The position numbers and the translations under genes were made by a program. 64,000 nucleotides of DNA from an uncultured Acidobacteriaceae bacterium (GTDB lineage Bacteria > Acidobacteriota > Terriglobia > Terriglobales > Acidobacteriaceae), in the NCBI GenBank assembly GCA_963799175.1, contig CAWCWC010000004.1, positions 192 through 64,191 of the forward strand, read 5' to 3'. The notes beneath the pieces were generated by a model that was not told where the DNA came from, did no database searches, and worked only from the letters and a program-made list of their open reading frames with translations. This document shows, piece by piece, positions 47,821 to 59,402 of this stretch (within the stretch, counting starts at the first letter, position 1; each line of letters starts with the position of its first letter).

Positions 47821-48795
47821 CTACTCCAAATTCTGCACCTGCTCGCGCGCGTGTTCGATCTCGGACTTCATCTCCAACCCTAGAGTAGTCAAGCGCAGGC
47901 CAATCCCCGGATCGCCTCCCGTGGTCTTGGACAGCATCGTATTGGCCTCGCGGTTCAATTCCTGCAGCAGGAAGTCCAGCCGCTTGCCCAGCTCGCCGCC
48001 GGCGTCCAGCATCTCCACAAAGCTTTCGATGTGCGCGCGCAGCCGCACCAGCTCTTCCTCGATGTCGGAGCGCTCGACCAGCAGCGCGGCCTCGGCCAGC
48101 AGCCGCGAGTCTGAAACCTGAACAGCAGTCGCCTCGCCGCCGCCCGCATCCGACTTCAGCAGCTCACCGATGCGGGTGCGCAGCCGCTCGTAGTGTGCCT
48201 CGCGCGCGCCAGCGCGCAGCTCCGCGGCCTCTTCGGCCAGCACCCGCAGCCGCATCATCTCCGCGCGAAGCTCCGCCGTAAGCGTCGCGCCCTCCGACGC
48301 GCGCACCTGGTTCAACTGCTCCAGTAGCGCCGGCGCGAGGGCCATCACCGCAGCCTCCAGCGCTGCCGCGCGCGTCCCATCCGGTGCCGCAGCCTCCGAC
48401 GACAGCACACCCGGCATGCGCAGCATCTCGTTCAGGTTCGGCTCCACATTGAAGTGGTGCAGCTTGGCCGCCTCGTGAAAGACCTGCATGTGCGCCGCCA
48501 GCAGCTCCCGATTCAGCTGCACCGACTGTTCCGCCTCGCACGCGCGCCGCTCCAGACGCAGCGTCACATCCACATGCCCGCGCCTGACACGCTCCTTGAT
48601 CAGCCGTCGCAGCGCAACTTCCAGCGCGTCGCAGTCGCCGGGCAGGCGCGGACTGAGGTCGAGAAAGCGATGGTTGACGCTCTTCAGCGTCAGGGTAAAT
48701 GCCAGTCCGTCCTCGGTGGCCGACTGCGCACTCGCGAATCCGGTCATGGAATATATGGGGAGTATCTGCTTCGCTGTCTCTTGCTGTTTGTTCAC
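47821..48795 (-). CDS. yicC: YicC/YloC endoribonuclease
   Basis: SMTGFA, LKSVNHRFLD, DIEEELVRL, GKRLDFLLQELNREANT and REQVQNLE. Confidence 0.93.
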   Translation of the reverse strand: MNKQQETAKQILPIYSMTGFASAQSATEDGLAFTLTLKSVNHRFLDLSPRLPGDCDALEVALRRLIKERVRRGHVDVTLRLERRACEAEQSVQLNRELLAAHMQVFHEAAKLHHFNVEPNLNEMLRMPGVLSSEAAAPDGTRAAALEAAVMALAPALLEQLNQVRASEGATLTAELRAEMMRLRVLAEEAAELRAGAREAHYERLRTRIGELLKSDAGGGEATAVQVSDSRLLAEAALLVERSDIEEELVRLRAHIESFVEMLDAGGELGKRLDFLLQELNREANTMLSKTTGGDPGIGLRLTTLGLEMKSEIEHAREQVQNLE

Positions 48796-48803
48796 GGTAT
48801 TCC

Positions 48804-50668
48804 TTACAAAGCCTCTGATTCTTCAAACTCGATCTCACTTGCCGTGTGCTGTTCCGATGCGTCGAACTGAAGATCGTAGAGCCGCCGGTAGGTCCCCAAC
48901 TGCCGCATCAACTCCTCGTGCGTGCCGAACTCGGTGATGCGTCCGTCTTCAATGACTATGATGCGCGTGGCCCGGCGCACGGTCGACATGCGATGGGCAA
49001 TCACGAACACCGTGCGGCCCTGCATCAGGTTGGCCAGCGCGGCCTGCACAAACGCTTCGCTCTCGGTGTCCAGCGCCGAGGTTGCCTCATCCAGAATCAG
49101 GATCGGCGCATTCTTCAGAATGGCGCGCGCAACCGCTAGCCGCTGCCGCTCTCCGCCGGAGAGACGCACTCCCTTCTCTCCGATCATGGTGTCGTAGCCA
49201 TCCGGCATGCGCAGGATAAAATCGTGTGCCAGCGCCATGCGCGCCGCCTCCACAACACGGCCCATCGGCACGTCGGGCTGACCGTAGGCGATGTTGTTGC
49301 GCACCGTATCGTTGAACAGGATCGTCTCCTGGGTCACTTTGCCGATCAGCCTGCGCAGGCTGGCAATGGTCACGTCGCGCACGTCGTGGCCATCGATCGC
49401 AATTCGTCCGCCGGTCACATCGAAGAAGCGCGGAATCAGGTTCACCAGAGACGATTTCCCTGCCCCGCTTGGCCCCACAATCGCAATCACCTCGCCGCGC
49501 TTCACATCCAGGTCGATCCCGTGCAGCACCTCGGTCGTCTCGCCGCCGCTCGCCATACGCAAAGTCCACACGCTCGAAGCGTATCGAGTCCTTGAAGCCC
49601 CTGAGCACGAATGCGTGCTTCTTCTCGACCACATCGTCCTCGGCATCCATAAAGCGGAAGATCTCGACGCTTGCCCCCATCGCCTGCTGAAAGCTGTTGT
49701 AATAGAGCGCAAACTTGCGCACAGGATCGTACAGGCTGAAGACGGCGAAGATGAAAACGATGAAGTCGCCCAGCGTCATCGTCCCATGCATGATCTTGTT
49801 CCGTCCCAGCAGCAGCAGCAGCGCGATGCCCACCGCGCCCAACGCATCCATCAGCGGCGAGCTGATCGCCTGCACGCTCACCGACCTGAGGTTCGCGCGG
49901 TATAGCCTCCGTGCCGCGTGGCGGAATCGGTTCATCTCCCATAGCTCCATCCCGAATGCCTTCACAATGCCGTTGCCGGTGATCGTCTCGTGCAGGATGT
50001 TCTGGATCTCGGCCAGCTTGTCCTGCCCGGTGCGCGTCGTGGTCCTCACGCTGCGCCCGATGCGGCGGGCCGACGAGATCACCACCGGCACGAAAAGCAG
50101 CAGCACCCACGATAGTTTTCCGCCAAAGCTGACCGCCACACAGGTCATGGCAAGCAGGGTAAAGAACTGCTGGAGAAAATCGGCCATGATGGTCGACATG
50201 GCATACTGTACCCGCTCAATATCGTTGATGATCGTGGACAACAACATGCCGGTCGAGTGCTTCTGGAAGAAGGAGACCGACCTGCGCAGCACCGCGTCGT
50301 ACAAATCGTTGCGCATGTCGGTAATCATGCCGAAGCCCGCGTAGTTCACCAGGTACGTCCCGCTGTAATCGCAGACGGACTTCACCAGCGCCGAGGCAAT
50401 CAGCGCGTACGCCACCACCGCCCACGCGTTGTGAAAGTGGCTGGGCACCAAAAAGTGCAGGTCTACCATGCGGTTGACCACGGGAACGCGGAAAAGCAGA
50501 AAGTCGGGACTCTGGTCCTCCGGGCGAAGCACCTTGTCGAAGATGGGCTTGATCAGATAGAGGCGCAGCCCGGCCATCGCGCCCACCACCGCCATCAGCA
50601 CAACCGACGCCAGCGGAATAAAGCGCGTACGGCCGCACATAGTGCAGCAGCCGCCAGAGGCGCCTCAT
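48804..50668 (-). CDS. MsbA-like ABC exporter (frameshifts near 50620 and 49555)
   Basis: ABC membrane domain in ORF 49087..50640, and GPSGAGKS, LSGGERQR, LILDEATSALD and IAHR in ORF 48804..49712. Confidence 0.88.
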
Positions 50669-50761
50669 GCGGCCAATCCCCGGTTGTTATTGCCCTTCAC
50701 TCGCATCCTGCCATTCTATTGTTTTTCAAGGAAGATGGAGCGGCTCGGATGAAGCCATCTC

Positions 50762-51676
50762 TCAGCGCGGCATATCGCGGTGCGCCGTCTTCACGCGGAA
50801 GCCCGCGGCCTCCAGCCGCTTCTTCATCTCTTCGGCGATGAACACCGACCGGTGCTGTCCGCCGGTGCATCCGAAGGCCACCGTCAGGTAGCTCTTCCCC
50901 TCCTCGATGTAGTGCGGCAGCAGAAACTTCAGCATCTCCGTCGCCTTGTCCAGAAACTCCAGCGTCTGGGGGAACTGCCGGATGTACTTCGCCACTTTGG
51001 CATGACGCCCGGTCAGCTTGCGGTACTCCGGCACAAAGTGCGGATTGGGCAGAAAGCGCACGTCGAAGACCAGGTCGGCCTCGCCGGGCACGCCGTTCTT
51101 GAAGCCGAAGCTGGACAATGAGATCGTCATACCGCGCTCGCCCACTCCGCGCTCAAACTGCGCATTGATGTGTTCGCGCAGCTCATGCACGTTGAACTTG
51201 GTGGTGTCCAGAACGATGTCGGCGACATTGCGAATGGGGTCCAGCCGCTTGCGTTCCGCGCGAATGCCATGCACCACCGTCTCGGTGCGGCCCATTGGGT
51301 GCGGCCGCCGCGTCTCGGAGAACCGCCGCACCAGAGCGTCTTCGCTTGCCTCCAGAAAGACCACGCGCGTCGGCAGCGCCTTACGCACCTGCTTCAGGAT
51401 CGCCGGAAAGCGTTCCAGCCGCATCCCCTCGCGCACATCCACCACCAGCGCCGCGCGCTCGATCTCCGCCGACTGGCTCACCAGATCGGCGAAGCGTGGC
51501 ACCAGCTCCAGCGGCAGGTTGTCCACCGAGTAGTAGCCGAGGTCCTCGAACGCCTTCAGCGCAGATTCCTTGCCCGAGCCCGACATGCCGGTCAGGATCA
51601 CCAGCTCGCCCGCCTCGGTGTGGCCGGCCTGCTCGCGAGCAGGTTTCCCCATCTTCGCAACGCGTTTCGCGGTCAT
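50762..51676 (-). CDS. rapZ: RNase adapter RapZ / P-loop NTPase
   Basis: TGMSGSGK, FEDLGYYSVDNLP, RFSETRRPHP, SFGFKNG, FDVRFLPNP and GCTGGQHRS. Confidence 0.95.
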   Translation of the reverse strand: MTAKRVAKMGKPAREQAGHTEAGELVILTGMSGSGKESALKAFEDLGYYSVDNLPLELVPRFADLVSQSAEIERAALVVDVREGMRLERFPAILKQVRKALPTRVVFLEASEDALVRRFSETRRPHPMGRTETVVHGIRAERKRLDPIRNVADIVLDTTKFNVHELREHINAQFERGVGERGMTISLSSFGFKNGVPGEADLVFDVRFLPNPHFVPEYRKLTGRHAKVAKYIRQFPQTLEFLDKATEMLKFLLPHYIEEGKSYLTVAFGCTGGQHRSVFIAEEMKKRLEAAGFRVKTAHRDMPR

Positions 51677-51723
51677 GCTGAAATCCTAGCACCCCGTCGA
51701 GTTAAATAGCGCTCAAGGTTGAC

Positions 51724-53112
51724 TCAGACTACGTCGGACAGAGACCTCTTGGTGGATGAGATGGTCGCCAGCGGCGTTGCGGGCGCCTCCGCCGCGAAGA
51801 ATTCGTGGCGTGCCCTGCCCATGCCCTTGGCACGGTACATGGCGGCATCTGCATCCCGCAGAATGTCTTCGATGTGACCGTATGCCGTTGAGCCAAGCAC
51901 AATGCCCATGCTGGCCGAGACGCAGACCTCACCACCGCCAATGTCCACCGGCCGCTGCAACTCGTTCTGGATGCGTCGCGTAAGGGAATCGATGTCTTCG
52001 ATGCGTCCGGCCTCGTCGAGCACAAGCGCAAATTCGTCCCCGCCGAAGCGCGCTACCGTGTCTTGCGGCCGCAAACAGGAGCGCAGCCGCGCGGCTACCG
52101 TGAGCAACAGCCTGTCCCCCGCCGCATGGCCCCAGGCGTCGTTGATCTGCTTGAAGCGGTCGAGATCGACGAATACGACGGCGAAGTTTCGGTCTGGCCT
52201 GCGCCGCAGCCGCGCCATGGTCTGGGTCAGCCGATCCAGAAAGAGCACCCGGTTGGCGAGCCCCGTCAAGGGATCGTGCAACGCTGTATGTTGCAGCTTG
52301 GCTTGCACCCGCTTTTCATGGCGAATATCGCGATAGGTTGCCATGTGGCCGCTTCTACCGGCGCCAAGACGCACACGCGTGAAAGTCAGGGAAACATCCA
52401 GTCTCTCGCCCGTACTGGTATGCCGTACTGTCTCCATCGACGCACGGCCCTCCGCCTCAACCGTGTGCATCAACATCTCGATCTCATGCATCCGGCCGTC
52501 GGGAACAATCAGGTCCATCAGCGGTCTTCCTAGGCAGGCCTCGATAGGGTACGCAAAGATGCGAATAAACTCACGATTGGCGCGCAGGATGCGGCCCTCC
52601 TGGAGAATCACCATGGCCTCGGACGCGGTGTCGAAGATCTCCTGTAAAAATGTGCATCTTTGCTCGATGCAGTCCCCCGCAACCCTCTCCGCAGCGTCTT
52701 CCAGGGGTTCCATCAGCAACACCAGGCGGACACCGTCGCCGGCGGTCTCATAATCCTGGACCACACCCGAAACCATCTTGGCGATGCCTGCTTGGGGAGA
52801 GAACAGACAGTCGAAGCGCTGGCGGCGCGCACCGTTGGCCAACGGATAGGCGCCAAGCAATACCTCGTCCGTTTTCGTGCGCTCGCGGCTGCCGATTGCC
52901 CGCCGCGCCAGATCGTTGGCCGCCACAATCTCTGCTCCATGCTCGAGGAAGGCCATCAAGGGCAGAGCTTCCAACCACGGATGCATGCTGTCCCTCGATC
53001 CGGATTGATCGGAACAAGTCGCGGGCAAACTCTCAGACGCGGAACACGGCAGACGCGAGCAAGCCACGCGCACGGTCTCAACGGACCCATTCAACTCGCC
53101 GGCGGCACTCAT
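51724..53112 (-). CDS. PAS-GGDEF diguanylate cyclase
   Basis: HDPLTGLANR, DLDRFKQINDAWGHAAGD, RPQD I-site and ARFGGDEF, with upstream PAS domains. Confidence 0.92.
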   Translation of the reverse strand: MSAAGELNGSVETVRVACSRLPCSASESLPATCSDQSGSRDSMHPWLEALPLMAFLEHGAEIVAANDLARRAIGSRERTKTDEVLLGAYPLANGARRQRFDCLFSPQAGIAKMVSGVVQDYETAGDGVRLVLLMEPLEDAAERVAGDCIEQRCTFLQEIFDTASEAMVILQEGRILRANREFIRIFAYPIEACLGRPLMDLIVPDGRMHEIEMLMHTVEAEGRASMETVRHTSTGERLDVSLTFTRVRLGAGRSGHMATYRDIRHEKRVQAKLQHTALHDPLTGLANRVLFLDRLTQTMARLRRRPDRNFAVVFVDLDRFKQINDAWGHAAGDRLLLTVAARLRSCLRPQDTVARFGGDEFALVLDEAGRIEDIDSLTRRIQNELQRPVDIGGGEVCVSASMGIVLGSTAYGHIEDILRDADAAMYRAKGMGRARHEFFAAEAPATPLATISSTKRSLSDVV

Positions 53113-53131
53113 GCTCGGTCTCCTGTATGCC

Positions 53132-53158
53132 CTATCGGCAACACAGCAGAACCGTTTA
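53132..53158 (-). promoter_or_regulatory. sigma-28 promoter of the diguanylate cyclase
   Basis: Minus strand reads TAAA-CGGTTCTGCTGTGTT (15 nt)-GCCGATAG, followed by an AGGAG RBS and ATG 53112. Confidence 0.75.
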
Positions 53159-53278
53159 GATAGGCTGGGGAAAACCCTGGACTTTCTCTCTTCGCCGGCA
53201 GAGTAAGGCCTCCGCCTCGTCCATAAGGAGGCAGCTTCCGAGGAATTTATCCACGGGCCTTCTGTTTGTCGCGGTCAA

Positions 53279-53641
53279 TCAGCCTTCTTCTGCTGTCGCA
53301 ACCACCCCCCGGACCTCGCCGTCTGCCCCACTCTCGCCGGTTCGAGGATGTCGCTTGATTGTGGATATTCTTTGCTTTTGCCGGATGGCCATTTGCTCCA
53401 GCTTGGCCAGCGCATCGTGCAACGCTATCGTCATCTCCGCCGACTCGCAGTTGGCGACCATGCTCTGACTGCCTACGCTCACTGTGACATCGGCAATCTT
53501 GCGGTGCTTATCGATGGTGAGGATGACCTTGGCGCTGGCACCCTCTCCAACAATCTTCTTGACTCGTTTCAACCCTGCTTCGGCCAGGTCCTTGTACTTT
53601 TGCGTAACCACCATCTGTCTTCCCGTATACTCGATCACCAT
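53279..53641 (-). CDS. hpf: ribosome hibernation promoting factor / RaiA
   Basis: IEYTGRQMVVT...ALHDALAKLEQMA. Lies between rpoN and rapZ (conserved cluster). Confidence 0.85.
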   Translation of the reverse strand: MVIEYTGRQMVVTQKYKDLAEAGLKRVKKIVGEGASAKVILTIDKHRKIADVTVSVGSQSMVANCESAEMTIALHDALAKLEQMAIRQKQRISTIKRHPRTGESGADGEVRGVVATAEEG

Positions 53642-53781
53642 CCGCTCACCTCGTCCGAGTTCCGATCATCATGGTTGGATGCCTCTCACGCCACACTGGT
53701 CTCGCTGTATATTACGCTGCGTCCGGCTCCGCTGCAACCGTCTCGCCTCCTTTCGCGTGGCCGGATGGTACTCCCTCCTGT

Positions 53782-55625
53782 TCAGCGTACACGCCTCTGG
53801 TGGGTGCTGGGAATCTGCATGTCTTCGCGGTATTTGGCCACCGTCCTGCGGGTCACCCGGATGCCCTGGCGCTGCAACTCCGCCGCGAGCTGGTCGTCGG
53901 TCAGCGGCTTTCGCGGGTCTTCGTCTTCAATCAGCTTCTTCACCCTGCGCTTCAGCAGCACCAGCGGCAGGTCGCCGCCCTCCGGCCCATTGACTCCTTC
54001 GGTGAAGAAGTAGCGCAGCTCATAGACTCCCTGCGACGGTATGCACATACTTGTTGGCCACGGCGCTGCTCACGGTGGAGGGATGGACGCCGATCTCCTC
54101 GGCGACCTCCTTGATCATCATCGGCTTCAGGCCCTGCTCGCCGCGTTCCAGAAACTCCCCCTGCCGGCGCACGATCACCTCGCAGGTGCGCAGGATCGTG
54201 TTCTTGCTCTGCTCGATGTTGCGCAGCAACTGAATGGCAGACCGATAACGCTCCTTGACGTACTCGCGTACATCTTTCTCGGTCGTCTTCTCGCGCAGCA
54301 TCCTGCGGTATGCGCGGCTCAGGCGGAGCGTCGGCATGTCCTCCTCGTTCATCACCACCACATACTCGCCGTCGCGCTTGACAAAGGCAACATCCGGCTC
54401 GATCAGCCGGTCTCGCTCAGGTTGTAGCGCTGGCCGGGGCGGGGATCGAGGGTACGGATAAAATCGACCGCCGCCTGCACCTCCTCCACGCCCTTGCCGC
54501 AACTGCGCGTCAACTCGCGCATGTCCTTCTTCTGCAGCAGCGCCAGGTGATGTGCAACAATGTGCTCCGCAATCTCGAAGACATCGCCTCCACTTTCGCT
54601 GCGCGGCAGCCCTCCGTTTCAGTTCCTTGCGCTGCGAGTCACTCGCGCGCCTGCTCCTTGCGTGAGGCCGCGCCATTCAGCACATCCAGCCCATGAGGAT
54701 GCGAGGCCTGTGCTGTCTCCCTTCCGCCCTTCTCCGTCTCAGCCTCATCCTGCGCAGATTGGTGCGGCAGGCCGTCGCGCTCTGCCGTTGCCGCGTGAGC
54801 GCGCCCCATCACCATCTCCGCCTCGTGACGTTGCGCGGCAATCTGGATCAGCAGGCACTCGCGCAGATCGCGCGCGCCCACCCCCAGCGGGTCGAGATGA
54901 TTGACAATCTCGCGCGCCTCCAAAACCGTCGCCAGCGCCGCCTCGCGCCAGGCGTCCCGTACCGTTCCGGCTCGGCCCCGGACCGGAAGCTGCGGCGTCT
55001 AACTCCGTATTCATCGCCGAGTGGTGTGCCTCCCATGCGGGCCGTGCTTTTCACGCCGCGCTCAAATGGGATCGGCTCGACGCGCGCGGGCACGCGCGCC
55101 TGCATCAGTGCCTCGCGCCAGTTCCTCGTCGCTCGCCGTCAGGTATCCATCCTCATTCAGATTGCCCACTACCAGGTCCGCGGCCAGTCGCACCCCTTCG
55201 GACAGATTCATCGAGCCCAACTGCCATTCCAGATGGTCGGTCAAGGTACTGGGCTGCGAGAGAAAATTCTCGAACGAGGGCAGGTCGTACTCCTCAAAGC
55301 TGGAAGCAGTGCGGAATCCAGGGTCGAGATAATCCTGAAAGTAGCTGCCAAAGTCGATCTCGTCGAACGGGTCCTTCTCGACCCGCTCGTGCTCGCTCGC
55401 GATCTCCTCGGCGGAACGCTCTCGTTCGGCCTCGCGTCCCGCCATCTCCTCGATCGTGGCCGCGGACTCCTCGACCTCCTCCAGCACCGGGTTCTCCACC
55501 ATCTCGGTGTTGATCATCTCCTTCAGCTCAAGCTTGTTCAGCGCCAGCACGCTGACCATCTGCACCAGTCCAGGCGTCAGCACCTGGCGCTGCGAGACTC
55601 GGAGATTTAGCTTCGGCTGCAGCAA
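53782..55625 (-). CDS. rpoN: RNA polymerase sigma-54 factor (multiple apparent frameshifts)
   Basis: LRVSQRQVLTPGLVQ...ENPVLEE, GNLNEDGYL, DPLGVGARDLRECL, IEPDV, IGVHPSTVS and the RpoN box TRRTVAKYRE, across several ORF fragments. Confidence 0.92.
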
Positions 55626-55919
55626 TCCTTCGACCTCATCGTGCTTCTCTGCTCCGCGCCCTTGGCGCGAAGAGTCATCGGTCGGCGTAGACCTTGCCGA
55701 CTTTCGCCTGCCGGGTGAACTTGGCCACAGTCTACACGCCGCGCAAGATTCGTGCAGCATGTAGAATCCACGCGCGGCAAAAACGCGCATGCTCCGTTTA
55801 TCGCGCGCAGATTGCAATAACACCTTTGTGCCGATCAGCGACGGCTGCGGCACATACCAACCTACCGCATGCACATCGGCCTGGTTGCATGCGCTCGCAT
55901 CCCTTGCACCAAGCCGCAT

Positions 55920-56650
55920 CTAATCCATGGAGAACTTCTCGCCCAGGTAGATGCGCCGTACCTCCGGGTCGCGGCCCAGCTCGCCCGGCGTTCCCGGACG
56001 AAAGATCTTCCCCTCGTTGATGATGTACGCGCGGTCGGTCACCGACAGCGTCTCCCGCACATTGTGGTCCGTAATCAGCACCCCGATGCCGTTCTTCTTC
56101 AGCGTCGAAGATGATCTCCTGCAGCTCCAGCACCGCGATCGGATCGATGCCGGAGAACGGCTCGTCGAGCAGGATGAACGCCGGCTCGATCGCCAGGCAG
56201 CGCGCAATCTCCACCCTCCGCCGCTCGCCCCCGCTCAGCGCATAGCCCATGGTCTTGCGCACATGGCCCAGGTTCAACTGCTCGATCAGCTTCTCCGTCC
56301 GCGTGCGCCGCTTCTCCCGGCTCAACTGCTGCGCCTCCAGCACCGCCAGGATGTTCTCCTCCACCGTGAGCTTGCGAAAGATCGAAGGCTCCTGCGGCAG
56401 ATAGCTGATGCCATACTCCCGCGCCCGCAGGTACATCGGCAGCCGCGTGATGTCGTCGCCATCCAGCCACGATGCGGCCCGCGTCCGGCCGCACCAGCCC
56501 CACGATGATGTAGAAGCAGGTCGTCTTGCCCGCGCCGTTCGGCCCCAGCAGCCCCACCACTTCGCCCTGTCCGATCTGCATGTTCACGCCGCGCACCACC
56601 TGCCGTCCCGCGTAAGCCTTGCCAATCTCTTCCGTCTCAAGCGTCCGCAT
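55920..56650 (-). CDS. lptB: LPS export ATP-binding protein (two frameshifts)
   Basis: [52 protein letters not shown] and [10 protein letters not shown]. Upstream of rpoN. Confidence 0.93.
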
Positions 56651-56658
56651 CGTGCTCC

Positions 56659-59291
56659 CTACTTCCCCTTCCCCATCGTCGCATCTTTGCCTGTGCGTGT
56701 CTCCGTCCGCACCTGGCGGCCTTGCGCCGCGGAGGTCGCTCCCGGCTCCGTATTGGAGATCGCGACGCTATCGTCCCCTGGGTGAAACAGGATCGCAGCG
56801 CCAGTAATTGTCCCGTGCGCCGCATCCACCATCTTCGGCGGCACTCTGTCGTCTCCGGTCAACATAAATAGCTGATCGTTGGCCGTGTACTGCAAACGCT
56901 GACCCGTTGCGCGGCGTCCCGGCTGCTCGATCTCGATCTGACCGGTCGCCACCATGCGCTCCACGCTCCCCGCAATCGAGGGGACCTCTTCGACCGCGGA
57001 CGAGGGCCCCTGCCCAGCGCCCTGCTGCAAATAGACCGTAGCCTCGTCGGCGCGGACCGACCCGTCGACCGTCACAGCCCTCACGCTCTCGCTAAACTCA
57101 GCCTGGCGCAGGTCCCCTGAGTAGACTAGCTCGCCGCTGGCAATGCGCATCGCCTTTGGCATCTGCGACTCCGCTCCTGCCTTGCCTGCTCCTGTCCTCA
57201 ACGCGTTCGGATTTAGCCGCTGCGGAATTCGCCGCGCCAGGCAGATCGCTCCTCGGACTCAGAATCGTATGCACCTGTGCCGTCTGCCCGGGCTGCCGGC
57301 TGCTCCCGCCGAAGCCTCGCCCCGTGCAATCAGCCGCTTCTTCGCACGATCCAGCTCGATCACCGGCGCCTGCACCTGGTCGGCCCCCTGCCACAACCGA
57401 CCGGCTTCCCATGAAATGTCGCGATCTTCGCCGCATGCTCCAACTCCGCCCGCTCTGCCAGGATGTGCGTCGGCTCAGCCGTGCGCTCCGGCGCGGCCTC
57501 CCCGCCTGCGCCGAACTGTCCTGCACGTAATCCACCTTCACCGCACCAGTTGCCACTGAGTCTCCTGTCAATCCGGTCCAGCGCCACCTGGTTGGCCCAC
57601 ATCACGCTGCCCGCATCCACATCTGCACGCCGCCGGTCAGACGTCAGGCGGTCCAGATCGCCGTCGTAGGCCACCCGTTGCGCCACTCGCGCGCTCCACA
57701 TCCTCCTGCACAGTTCCTGAATTTGCACCGGCCTTGGCCCCAACTTTCGCTGGAGTGCGCCGGCACCATCGTAACATGTCCCTGCTGCACCGCGCTCACA
57801 GCAAGTCGCAGCCCGCTGGTTCACCGCGGGGCCAGCCTGGCTCACATGGCGGACACTGCGCCACGACTGCCGGCCACTGCGGGCAGCGTCCGTGCGCCAC
57901 TGCCCGAGGCTGGGGCGGAACTTCGCGTCCAGCGTGTCGCCCGTACTGGTCTGCTCCAGGCCCTCTGGCGACACCTGATGCAGCACCGTATGGCCGCGGC
58001 CCGCAAGCGTATCCAGTTGCGGCGGCTGCTTCCGTCGCCTGCGGCATACATATGCGCCTTCAGGATCATCGGCTGTAATCTCCGTCGTGCCCTGCCGCTG
58101 TTGAACTCGCCAGGGTGCCGTTGTTCACATCGTCAGCGCGGGTTCCCCGTCGCCCCGCGTCCCTCAACTGCGACTGGCCGGGCCTGCCGGCAGCCAGCGC
58201 AGCCTCCACCTTCGCCGCGGTCAGATCGCGCGAACTCCACGGCTCCCGCGCCGCCTCCGTCGCCCGCGTCCGCTCGCCATGTGGACTACCGCCCGTAAAC
58301 ACCGCCTGCTTCGGCTGCGGTTCGCCTGCAGCGTCGAAGGCAATCGGTCGCCTCCTCTGCCTGTCCCTTCGCCGGTGCAACGGCGCGTCTGCCGAGTACT
58401 GCACGCCTCCTGTCAGCACAGCCGATTGCGGCTGGCTCTCTGCATTCAGCACCACGTCCGCACGCTGCGAGACCAACGTCGCGCCCATTCGCCTGCATGG
58501 CGTTACATTTCCTTGGGCCTCCACCCGCGCCAGCGTCCCATCGGGCCGCGTATGCAGCGTGGCCGCTGCCGCCTCGGCCGTCTGTCCCAGCGAGACGTAC
58601 TGCGCACCCGTCAAGAAACATCTCCTGATTTCGGTTGTCGACCTCTGCCGTCGCCGCCGTCACCTGCACCGGACGCTTGCCCGCCACTCCGCTCATGCTC
58701 ACCGCCGAGTGCATCGTCAGCACGCCCGTGTCGCTGTTGTAGTCGGCGCCAGTTGCGTGCCCCGTCATCGCCCCCGACTGAAAATCGATGTACTCGTTGG
58801 TCGCCGCCACGCCCAGTTTATTCAGATACACCAAGTTGCTGGTGGTCACATGCAACACCTTCGCACCAGCAGCGTCAGCCGCGGCCTTCCCGGCATTCTC
58901 CTGCGCCGCCTGCAGGTCGAGGTGCACCAGGCCAATGGCGCGCACCACTCCCGCCTTCTTGTCGTATTCAAACTCGTCGCCCTAGATGCGGTCGTTGCGG
59001 TCGCCGTTCTTCCCAGTACATATCTATCCACACATTGTGCAGAGCAATTTTATTGTCGGTGTGTTCCAACTCCCTGGCCGCGTGAATGCAGTAGACCGTC
59101 CTCGGCCCCACCGTGTCGCACCACGTGACCCCGGTTGAGTCGATCTTGACGTCCGCCCCCAGCCTGGCCGGAATCTTCACATGCAGGTGCGACAGATGGC
59201 GGGCATAGCCGAGAAATGCAGCGATCACCAGCATTAGGAAGCACGCGCTCCCCAGCAACCAAATCCTCAATCTATCGACACGATTGCGCAT
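56659..59291 (-). CDS. long LptC/LptA(OstA)-like beta-jellyroll protein, heavily frameshifted
   Basis: An N-terminal TM anchor (RLRIWLLGSACFLMLVIAAFLGY) and fragments such as TTSNLVYLNKLGVAAT, GADYNSDTG and VERMVATGQIEIEQPGRRATGQRLQY. Directly upstream of lptB. Confidence 0.7.
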
Positions 59292-59402
59292 CGTCCACCA
59301 CATCCATCTTCTCATCCATACCGCTCTGCCCGCATATAAATCCGCATGTGCAAGTCTCTTTCAAGGAATATGTCCGTGAAAAATGCTCTAGAATGATCCT
59401 CC

